DNA of 41,250 nt from Candidatus Micrarchaeota archaeon (GTDB lineage: Archaea > Micrarchaeota > Micrarchaeia > Micrarchaeales > CABMGC01). The notes beneath the pieces were generated by a model that saw only the letters and a list, made by a program, of their open reading frames with translations, did not search any database and was not told the DNA's origin. Within the stretch, counting starts at the first letter, position 1; each line of letters starts with the position of its first letter. The DNA is taken from assembly GCA_021796295.1 (NCBI GenBank), contig JAJYIA010000002.1, positions 1 through 41,250 of the forward strand, written 5' to 3'. This document shows positions 9,260 to 16,017 of the stretch, one piece after another. The position numbers and the translations under genes were made by a program.

Positions 9260-9658
9260 ATGCAATCGAAGACAATAAGGCTCAGGAAGAGGCTCGTAAG
9301 GATACACAGCCCGCGCAGGCTCAGGATGAGCCTGAAATACCTAAAGCATGAGCTCGCAAAGTCGGGCAATGCAGCGCCAGAGAATGTGAAGATAAGCCCA
9401 GAGCTCAACTCTTACCTTATGAAAAGCGATGCAAGAAGGCTTAACAGCATACGCCTCGCTGTAGAGAAGAGCGTGGATAAGAACATAATCAAGATAAGCG
9501 CAGACCTGGCGCCTGAGCTCAAGCCCGGCGCAAAGGAGGCGCAGGCAAAGAATGCAGAGGGCAAGGAGGCGGCGCTAGGCACTGGAAAGGCAGCGACAAA
9601 AGCAGCGATGGCCCTGACGCCTGAGAAGAAGGCAAAGGCGACGAATGCGGAGGCGTAG
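9260..9658 (+). CDS. rpl31e: 50S ribosomal protein eL31 with an Ala/Lys-rich C-terminal extension
   Basis: The N-terminal ~85 aa (TIRLRKRLVRIHSPRRLRMSLKYLKHELAK....VKISPELNSYLMKSDARRLNSIRLAVEK) fit L31e. The L39e-L31e-aIF6 order is the conserved archaeal arrangement. Confidence 0.65.
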   Translation: MQSKTIRLRKRLVRIHSPRRLRMSLKYLKHELAKSGNAAPENVKISPELNSYLMKSDARRLNSIRLAVEKSVDKNIIKISADLAPELKPGAKEAQAKNAEGKEAALGTGKAATKAAMALTPEKKAKATNAEA

Positions 9659-9682
9659 GACGGTGCAGCCACAGGTTACTAT

Positions 9683-10348
9683 ATGGCATCTGCTAAGATG
9701 AGCATAAACGGCAATGATTACGTAGGTGCATTTGCCGTTGCAACCGATTCCTATGCGCTCATTGCCGAGAGAATTGGCGCCAGATACGAACACGTTATAG
9801 AAGAGGTGCTGCGGAAAAAGATAGCAAGGGTCAGCATAAACGGCTCTGATCTTATAGGCATATATGTTGCTGCGAATTCACACGCGCTGCTGCTGCCGGA
9901 GCTTGCCTACAGAAACGAGGCTGATCTTGCAGCCAGGCAGCTTGATGACGTGAATGTCGCAGTGCTCGAGACTGGCCTCAATGCGCTGCGCAACAACATA
10001 CTTGCCAATGATAAAATAGCAATTATAAATCCCATGTACAGCAGCAGCGAGGCAAAGATCATTGGAGATAACATGGGTGTTGAAGTAATAAGAATGGGCA
10101 TAGGCGGCTTCAGCACAGTAGGCGCAAACAATATTCTCACAAACAAAGGCATGGTGATGAACAACAGGGTCTCTGGCGAGGAAGAGGAGGCGCTCAGAAA
10201 ACTAGTCAGCTCAGTATCGCAGTCAACGGCGAACATGGGATCGCTCAGCATAGGCCTATGCACAATCGCCAATTCTGAAGGCATAATAGCCGGCAGCTCA
10301 ACCTCCGGATACGAGATAGCGAACATGGAGGACGGGCTTGGGTTATAG
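9683..10348 (+). CDS. eif6: Translation initiation factor 6 (aIF6)
   Basis: Five-fold pseudo-repeat with INGNDYVGAFAVATDSYALI, INGSDLIGIYVAANSHALLLP, LNALRNNILANDKIAIINP, STVGANNILTNKGMVMN and SLSIGLCTIANSEGIIAG. Confidence 0.9.
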   Translation: MASAKMSINGNDYVGAFAVATDSYALIAERIGARYEHVIEEVLRKKIARVSINGSDLIGIYVAANSHALLLPELAYRNEADLAARQLDDVNVAVLETGLNALRNNILANDKIAIINPMYSSSEAKIIGDNMGVEVIRMGIGGFSTVGANNILTNKGMVMNNRVSGEEEEALRKLVSSVSQSTANMGSLSIGLCTIANSEGIIAGSSTSGYEIANMEDGLGL

Positions 10349-10440
10349 GGCGCCGTTGTTCCGGGAAATGCGCTACCTTCTTCTACGGCTTTTTCCGGGC
10401 CTGCCGTAGATCCAGAAGGCGAGTGCTGCTATGAAAATAA

Positions 10441-10589
10441 AATATCATGTATGGATATGAATATAAGGCATGAGGTTGTCTGGCCGACGTAAAATCCTAA
10501 ATCGCAACTGGCCATGCAAAATCGTCTTCTGAGCACCAACTGTTCTTGTCAGTTTTCCCAAGACGGAGCCATTGTAAACTGGCTCTAAC
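10441..10589 (-). repeat. 150-nt structured repeat module 'M', copy A (about 93% identical to 38987-39136)
   Basis: Direct comparison of the reverse complement with 38987-39136 shows about 10-11 differences in 150 nt. Both copies keep the hairpins GAGCCA-N8-TGGCTC and CGTCTT-N31-AAGACG. Confidence 0.8.
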
Positions 10590-10644
10590 AGAACGTCAGA
10601 TGACAGATGTTCAGATTGTGTGGAACTGTGTTCCATGTTGTTCA

Positions 10645-10685
10645 TCTCGATGAAAGCCCGCAGGCTTTAGCCGCGGGTAGTTTAC
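10645..10685 (-). repeat. Short stop-codon-associated hairpin element, copy A (3'-truncated)
   Basis: The minus strand reads ..TTT CAG TAA ACT ACC CGC GGC TAA AGC CTG CGG GCT TTC ATC GAG. It starts on the TAA stop of the 10682-11290 gene. Confidence 0.75.
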
Positions 10686-11290
10686 TGAAACATATCGTCC
10701 TTCACAAGCACGCTGCCCTTTTTGCTGACATCGAAAATGAGCATGCCCGTGTTTTTGGGCATCAGCCTTAGCGACTTCTTAATAGGCATGGGCTTTAAAA
10801 CAGAATATGAGCACCGTACCACGCCGGCATGCGCGGAGATGAGCACGCACTTCCCGTTCAGTCCTTTGTTCCTCTCAAGCTGGTGCAGGAAGGCGCTTAT
10901 CCTTTTCCTCATTGCGCGCAGGCTTTCCCCGCCTTGCGGCGTAAACGCCTTCTTTGACGCTTGTGCTGAGAAGAACTCTGACCTGGGCCTTCCCTGGAAT
11001 ACCCCATAGCTCTGCTCCCTGAGCTCCTTTGTGTATACGACAGTAGCCCTGTGATACCTTGCTATCTCTTTCGTTGTCTCCCTTGCCCTGCAGAGGTCGC
11101 TTGAAAATATTGCGTCTATTTTCTCATTTTTTAGTTTCAGCGCAAGACGCTTCGCCTGCCGGATTCCCTTTGCGCTCAATGTGCCCTGCATCTGGCCCAT
11201 GATGATATTCCTTGCGTTCTCCTCTGTTTCGCCGTGCCTTATTATTATTAGTCGAATGATACCAGCCCATATTGTTGTGCGCCGACTCAT
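10682..11290 (-). CDS. Histidine phosphatase family protein (phosphoglycerate mutase-like)
   Basis: IIIRHGETEEN......G...LS.KG..QA..LA..L......AIFSSDLCRARETT carries the RHG catalytic motif. A later ISAHAGV is also present. Confidence 0.8.
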   Translation of the reverse strand: MSRRTTIWAGIIRLIIIRHGETEENARNIIMGQMQGTLSAKGIRQAKRLALKLKNEKIDAIFSSDLCRARETTKEIARYHRATVVYTKELREQSYGVFQGRPRSEFFSAQASKKAFTPQGGESLRAMRKRISAFLHQLERNKGLNGKCVLISAHAGVVRCSYSVLKPMPIKKSLRLMPKNTGMLIFDVSKKGSVLVKDDMFQ

Positions 11291-12108
11291 GGGACTATAA
11301 CCGCACCCTCAAGGGCGTCGCCGCAGCTGCAGCTGTGCGCCTTCGGAATTTTCAGAATAAGATCCAGTATAAGCCTTTTTGCTGTCTCCATACTCTTTGC
11401 GAAGACCCTGTTGACTTCTGCTGCGCTGACAGGCTTTATATCGCTTCTGCCCTCTATACCTGCATCATAGTCTGTGACTATGCCTATGCCCAGGTAGCAG
11501 ATTCCGCGTTCGCGGGCAAGCATGACCTCAGGATATTGCGTCATGTTTATAACATGGAAACCCTGGCTGCTGAAGAGCCTTGACTCGGCCTTTGTTGAGA
11601 ACCTCGGTCCGTTTATGACTACTACAGTGCCGTTACTGTGATATTTTATGCGCATTGACTTTGCCTCATTCGCTGCAAGGCTCAGGAGCTCGCTGCAGTA
11701 CGGCTCTGCTGCGCTCACATGTGATACGGGTGCACCTTCAAAAAAGCTCTCCTCCCTGCCGTGCGTCATATTTATGAACTGGTCGAAGAAGACGAAATCT
11801 CCTGGCGCATACTCCTCCGTCAGGGAGCCCACGGCGTTGCTTGCTATTATTCTATCAACGCCCAGGCTCCGCAGCGCCTCAATGTTTGCCCTGTAAGGCA
11901 CCTTGTGCGGCGGCAGTATGTGCCTGCTTCCGTGCCTGGGCAGGAAGGCAACGCTCCTGCTGCCTATTTTGCCAAGTGTTACAAGGTCGCTTGGCCTTCC
12001 GTACTCTGTTTCAACATAGAGGCTCTCGCTCTCATCAAAAAGGGAGTAGAAGCCTGAGCCCCCTATTATGCCTATTTCTGCCCTGGCCTTCATTATAACA
12101 CTATACAT
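11287..12108 (-). CDS. mtnP: S-methyl-5'-thioadenosine phosphorylase
   Basis: [54 protein letters not shown] and INMTQYPEV are PNP/MTAP family 2 motifs. Confidence 0.9.
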   Translation of the reverse strand: MYSVIMKARAEIGIIGGSGFYSLFDESESLYVETEYGRPSDLVTLGKIGSRSVAFLPRHGSRHILPPHKVPYRANIEALRSLGVDRIIASNAVGSLTEEYAPGDFVFFDQFINMTHGREESFFEGAPVSHVSAAEPYCSELLSLAANEAKSMRIKYHSNGTVVVINGPRFSTKAESRLFSSQGFHVINMTQYPEVMLARERGICYLGIGIVTDYDAGIEGRSDIKPVSAAEVNRVFAKSMETAKRLILDLILKIPKAHSCSCGDALEGAVIVP

Positions 12109-13510
12109 CTAGATAGTAATAGAGCTCTATTGGATGCGGGTATTGCGCCACAGACCTTGACTCCTCGCGCTTGAGCTCTACATATTCATTAATGAATGAT
12201 GCATTGAATACAGGCTTAAGGAAATCGGTATCAGCTTCCAGCGCGTCAAGTGCCTCATCGAGGGACCTTGGAAGCTCATGTATCTTTATCTCCTGCCTCT
12301 TCTCCTTGTTTATATGGTAGATGTTCTCATCCACGTGCTCACTTGGTTCTTTTTTCCTTTTTATGCCGTCTAGTGCGGCCATGAGAAGTGCAGAGAACGC
12401 AAGATAGGGGTTTGTTGACGGGTCTGGAGCCCTGTACTCTATGCGCTTCGCCTTCTCCATGCCTTTGTAATAGGCAGGCACCCTCACTATGGCACTCCTG
12501 TTGGCCCTGCTCCATGCTATATAGACTGGTGCTTCGTAACCCGGTATAAGCCTCCTATAGCTGTTTGTTGTAGGGGAGGTTATTGCCGAAAGCGCCCTTG
12601 CATGCTCAAGTATGCCGCCTATGGCATACCTGCCGGCCTGGCTGATCTCGGCATAGGCATCGTTCCTGTCATACATTACATTGGTCTTGCCGTCCTTGGT
12701 CCAGAGGCTGAAATGCGTATGCATTCCCGTTCCGTTGTCGCCGTACATGGGCTTCGGAATGAATGTTGCGACCATGCCGTGCTTTGCAGCAATGTTCTTA
12801 AGCACGTATTTGAGGGTCTGCACCTTGTCTGCAGTATCCGCAAGCGTTGAAAACGCGAAGTTTATCTCTCCCTGCCCCGCGGTTGCCACCTCGTGGTGCG
12901 TAGCCTCTATCTTCATGCCAAAGTTCTTTGCCAGCGCATCTATGGCTTCTATCCTGATATCCATAAGCTGGTCCACCGGCGGAGCTGGGTAATAGCCCTC
13001 CTTGTACCTTACCATAAAGCCTCCTGTCTTCTGCCACGGTGCCTCCCTTGAGCTTATCTTATAGGAGGTGCCGCTCTGAGGCACAGAGACGTCGAGCTCC
13101 ACCTTGTCGAATATGAAGAACTCAAGCTCAGGGCCAAAGTAGCTCATGTAGCCATGGCTCTGCTGATACTTCTCGGCCTCTTCGGCTATCTGCCTGGGAT
13201 CGCGCTCAAACCTGCCGCGCCCTCCGCCCCAGTGAACCTCTGCGAAGACGCGCGCGATATCAGGAGCCCATGGCAGCGTAGCGAGAGTATTTGGAACAGG
13301 CACAAGAAGCATGTCGCTCTCGTGTATTGAGGTAAAGCCCTTTATGCTGCTGCCGTCAAGCTTGCCGAAGCCGCCGCTGACGTTTTCCTTTGTAAATTCG
13401 CTTGCAGGAAGCGTTATGTGGTGCAGTCTGCCGACGACATCAGTAAACTGCAGGTCTATCCATCTTATGTTATTCTCCTTTACAAACTTAAGCGCTTCGT
13501 CTGCATCCAT
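12101..13510 (-). CDS. glnA: Glutamine synthetase, type I
   Basis: [61 protein letters not shown] and [15 protein letters not shown]. The start was chosen at MDADEALKF (13510). The tracked ORF extends to 13606 through hairpin repeats. The gene overlaps the mtnP start by 8 nt. Confidence 0.9.
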   Translation of the reverse strand: MDADEALKFVKENNIRWIDLQFTDVVGRLHHITLPASEFTKENVSGGFGKLDGSSIKGFTSIHESDMLLVPVPNTLATLPWAPDIARVFAEVHWGGGRGRFERDPRQIAEEAEKYQQSHGYMSYFGPELEFFIFDKVELDVSVPQSGTSYKISSREAPWQKTGGFMVRYKEGYYPAPPVDQLMDIRIEAIDALAKNFGMKIEATHHEVATAGQGEINFAFSTLADTADKVQTLKYVLKNIAAKHGMVATFIPKPMYGDNGTGMHTHFSLWTKDGKTNVMYDRNDAYAEISQAGRYAIGGILEHARALSAITSPTTNSYRRLIPGYEAPVYIAWSRANRSAIVRVPAYYKGMEKAKRIEYRAPDPSTNPYLAFSALLMAALDGIKRKKEPSEHVDENIYHINKEKRQEIKIHELPRSLDEALDALEADTDFLKPVFNASFINEYVELKREESRSVAQYPHPIELYYYLDV

Positions 13511-13584
13511 GCAAAAACCCACATTATAGCCATGCACTCGTAAGATATTAATTCTTTGCTTTTTTGCTTTTTGCAGCGGATCCT

Positions 13585-13699
13585 GGAAAGGCATGTGCCC
13601 TTCCACGGGCTAAAGCCCGTGGCTTCCCCTAAGGGGGACAAATCCTCGCTATGCTCGGATTTAGCTTCTGGCCATTCATCCCTCAGCTGAAGCTGAGGG
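13585..13699. promoter_or_regulatory. Palindrome plus four consecutive hairpins in the glnA / membrane-protein divergent intergenic region
   Basis: GGAAAGGCATGTGCCCTTCC (13585-13604, one mismatch from a perfect palindrome). CCACGGGC-TAAA-GCCCGTGG (13603-13622). TCCCC-TAAG-GGGGA (13625-13638). AAATCC-N11-GGATTT (13640-13662). CCCTCAGC-TGAA-GCTGAGGG (13680-13699). Confidence 0.3.
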
Positions 13700-13766
13700 C
13701 TTTCTGATCTACAAATGTAAAATATTTTCAAACTGGCTGGCGGTTGGCGCCATAGAAAGGTCAAAC

Positions 13767-14024
13767 ATGGGCATACTGGGCAACCATGTATTGTCCATAA
13801 CCGTGGCGGCTTCGGTGGTCTCGGGGGCAACGGCATTCAGCATCTTCATAGGCACATCCTCGCTTATAGGCGGACTTTCAAAAAAATTCATACCAGGCAT
13901 AGATGCCACGCTGCTTCTTTCGCTTGTGCTTCTGATCATCGTAGGGGCGCTCTCCTTTGCAAGAGGCAAGGAGAACAGAACGTCACCGCAAGCCGCCCAT
14001 ATCTCTCCGAAAGATTTAAGATAG
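13767..14024 (+). CDS. Hypothetical small membrane protein (2 TM)
   Basis: 85-aa ORF with two hydrophobic helices and a polar C-terminal tail. No family recognised. Confidence 0.4.
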   Translation: MGILGNHVLSITVAASVVSGATAFSIFIGTSSLIGGLSKKFIPGIDATLLLSLVLLIIVGALSFARGKENRTSPQAAHISPKDLR

Positions 14025-14056
14025 GGCGCATCGATTAAGATACAAAGGTTGGTAGT

Positions 14057-14575
14057 ATGGCATCTGATCAGATCCTTATGCTTGTGGATACCAGGGATAG
14101 GTTTTTAGGCTATGAAAAAAAGAGAGTATGCCATACGGGCAATGGCAAGCGCCACAGGGCCATACTCATAGCAATATACAATTCAAAAGGTGATGTCCTG
14201 CTTCAGAAGAGAAAGCACGCAATCTTTAATGCAGTATGGGATCTCAGCGGTGCAACGCACCCGCTGCACCTGCCTGAGAAAAATGAATCTTACAGCGAAG
14301 CCGCAAATAGATGCGCGAGGGTTGAATGGGGCATAGAAAGTATAAGGTTCAGGAGGATAGGCGCATTCAATTATTTCAAGCGGGACGGCAGGAACTGCGA
14401 AAACGAGCACTGTGCCATAATGGTTGCAAAGTATAACGGCAGGATAAGAAGCAATTCCAGGGTAGCGTACGGCTTTGCCTGGAAGCCGCTTAGGGAGGTA
14501 AAGAGCGACGCAAGGAGAAATCCCGACAATTATACTATATGGGCGCTGAGGGCCCTACCGAAACTCAGATTATGA
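14057..14575 (+). CDS. Nudix-fold protein resembling type-1 isopentenyl-diphosphate isomerase
   Basis: Collinear with E. coli Idi: VD....G...K...H.....HRA......N..G..LLQKR......VW.....HP...E....AA.R....E.GI......F.Y.......ENEHC. The Cys of the Idi CGHP motif aligns to Ala here (SGATHP). Confidence 0.5.
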   Translation: MASDQILMLVDTRDRFLGYEKKRVCHTGNGKRHRAILIAIYNSKGDVLLQKRKHAIFNAVWDLSGATHPLHLPEKNESYSEAANRCARVEWGIESIRFRRIGAFNYFKRDGRNCENEHCAIMVAKYNGRIRSNSRVAYGFAWKPLREVKSDARRNPDNYTIWALRALPKLRL

Positions 14576-14591
14576 ATGCCTTCGAATAGAA

Positions 14592-14704
14592 CGCCGGGGG
14601 CGGGAATCGGACCCGCGAAGGCTTTTGGCCAAACAGCTTAGCAGGCTGCCGCCCTTTCGTGCAGCAAGGACTCTGCCTATACTGTACCACTAGGCGACCC
14701 CGGC
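14592..14704 (-). tRNA. tRNA-Ser (anticodon GCU) with an apparent ~30-nt intron in the D-arm
   Basis: The reverse complement has acceptor GCCGGGG/CCCCGGC+G, anticodon arm GCAGC-CTGCTAA-GCTGT, a long variable arm (GGC-CAAAA-GCC) and T-arm GCGGG-TCCGATT-CCCGC. It is 113 nt long, about 30 nt more than expected, and the excess lies between GCCTAGTGGTA and GGGC-G. Confidence 0.7.
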
Positions 14705-14711
14705 ATATCAT

Positions 14712-15035
14712 TGCGCAGCAGCCGGCATTGCACAGCAACTACATAGTAGGTTTCCATGCCTCTACTCAGCCCTGTATCTTCGGAGCATAGCCCTTTGTAC
14801 GCATTTTCTGGCCAGCATGCACTGCACATATACACCGTTAGACCATAAATACTATATACTTAGGGTTGCTCCTTCCGGCCTGGCCCAGTTCATCTATAGA
14901 ACTACCACCGAAGGCAGAACATCAGCGCTTCGGCATGGTCCTTCCTGTGCAGATGCAGCACGCCACCGGCATTGGCCCGCCTAAAGGGGATTTGCGGTAT
15001 GGGAAACCCCTAGCTTCCCGCCTTGCTGCAGTATC
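14712..15035 (-). ncRNA. Signal recognition particle RNA (7S/SRP RNA) candidate; ends approximate
   Basis: The minus strand contains GGGCCAGGCC-GGAA-GGAGCAACCC (14886-14863), the conserved helix-8 motif with a GGAA tetraloop. It is closed by CUAUA/UAUAG. Upstream there is a helix-6-like hairpin (CCGAAG-N14-CUUCGG) and an Alu-like 5' region (GGGGUUUCCC..CCGC..CCCC). The 5' CAGCAA / 3' UGCUGC pairing gives about 320 nt. A TATA-like ATATTTAA lies about 25 nt upstream. No ORF is credible here. Confidence 0.6.
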
Positions 15036-15553
15036 CATGGGACTTGACAAATTAAATATCTTTATGTTTGCTGGAGAGTGGGACAAAAGTACTTCAATCT
15101 TCAAAATAAGTATGGCATCTCAGCCAGTAGGCGCATTGGATACATCAGAAAATATAGAGGTATTTTTACTATGTTAATTCCTCCGACCTAGCGGCAAGAG
15201 CCGCAGGGTCAGAATAATGTTCTCGGTTATTCATTTATCACCATATGTTTATTTAAACCTGCATTACTTTTTATTACCAATCAAACTACTATTCACCATC
15301 CATCGTGGTACGCTGACTTGCGTGTTGTGAGAGAGGTGCGTTAGACTCTACAAAGTTCTCTAAGAAAGACTACCTTCCGAGGTCATATCTGGTGCAACCA
15401 TGTTTAACACCAAGTATAGTTCCTCGTTCAGCAACGCCAGCCCCATCTAACTGGGGTCTTAGTTCTACCTGCATGCAGAAAACGAAAGACAGGTATTAAT
15501 AACTTCTCATAGCATGTAGTAGCATATCAATGCCATTATGGCGTAGTGTTTCG

Positions 15554-15961
15554 ATGGATTATTATGAGCTGCTTGAGAAGGCTTTTGCCGAGATGCCAAA
15601 GCTTTCTGAGGAGAATGTGGACTTTGTAATACCCGAAGTCGACTCACTTGTGCAGGGCAACAAGACAATTGTAAAGAACATAGAGCAGATAGCGGACAGG
15701 GCGCGCAGGGACAAGAGCGAGATTGCAAGGTACCTCACGAGGGAGCTCGCTGCGCCTGTCAACGTAAACAACCAGGCCCTTGATATAGGCGCCAAGATTT
15801 CACAGGCGTCGCTCAATGCTAAGATAAAGAGGTATTTTGAGGTCTACGTCATATGCAAGGAGTGCCACAAGCCTGACACACAGATAGAGGGGCGAGAGAG
15901 AGGCTATGTAAACATAAAATGTGAGGCATGCGGCGCAAGGTACACCGTAAAGAGCTATTAG
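15554..15961 (+). CDS. Translation initiation factor 2 subunit beta (aIF2-beta)
   Basis: MDYYELLEKAFAEMP....VIPEVDSLVQGNKTIVKNIEQIADRARRDKSEIARYLTRELAAP, followed by a C-terminal zinc ribbon CKECHKPDT...KCEACGA. Confidence 0.9.
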   Translation: MDYYELLEKAFAEMPKLSEENVDFVIPEVDSLVQGNKTIVKNIEQIADRARRDKSEIARYLTRELAAPVNVNNQALDIGAKISQASLNAKIKRYFEVYVICKECHKPDTQIEGRERGYVNIKCEACGARYTVKSY

Positions 15962-16015
15962 TAAACTACCCATGGCTAAAGCCTGCGGGCTTTCTTGTCG
16001 AGAGTTTAAGTGAGG
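15961..16015 (+). repeat. Short stop-codon-associated hairpin element, copy B (full length)
   Basis: (TA)GTAAACTACCCATGGCTAAAGCCTGCGGGCTTTCTTGTCGAGAGTTTAAGTGAGG. It begins at the aIF2-beta stop (TAG TAA). Its terminal GTGAGG lies 2 nt upstream of the aIF1A ATG. The ends TAAACT/AGTTTA are inverted repeats. Confidence 0.8.
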
Positions 16016-16017
16016 AA

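Noticed and set aside
8734-9408. 224-aa minus-strand ORF
   Set aside because: It is antisense to the PDCD5-like, eL39 and eL31 genes. Its Ser/Leu/Phe/Cys-rich low-complexity translation is typical of the reverse frame of Lys/Glu/Arg-rich genes.
10445-10645. 66-aa ORF, and the related 93-aa ORF at 38955-39236 (shared LEPVYNGSVLGKL...ILHGQLRFRILRRP..L.PYIHIHT)
   Set aside because: The similarity comes from the 150-nt repeat module. The two ORFs have unrelated starts, and one begins inside the antitoxin gene. They run through hairpins, and 7 of 10 nucleotide differences fall in amino-acid-changing codons. I treat them as non-coding repeats, but peptide evidence would overturn this.
12101-13606. 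501-aa version of glnA starting at 13606
   Set aside because: The extra 32 codons run through the hairpin repeat region and have no counterpart in GS N-termini. [24 protein letters not shown] at 13510 matches the usual GS start.
13603-13699. Glutamine riboswitch / structured 5' leader of glnA
   Set aside because: The hairpins lie upstream of the most plausible glnA TATA box, so they are probably not in the transcript. They do not resemble the known glnA RNA motif as I remember it, and the first hairpin belongs to the dispersed repeat family. They are kept only as a DNA-level regulatory candidate.
14866-15177. 103-aa plus-strand ORF and 60-aa minus-strand ORF (14922-15104)
   Set aside because: Both overlap the SRP RNA candidate, which carries the conserved helix-8 motif. 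Neither shows protein motifs.
15180-15500. RNase P RNA in the ORF-free region
   Set aside because: I searched both strands by eye for the conserved CR-I (GGAAAGUCC-type) and CR-IV/V cores and found none. The closest match is GUCGGAGGAAUUAA on the minus strand, which is not convincing.
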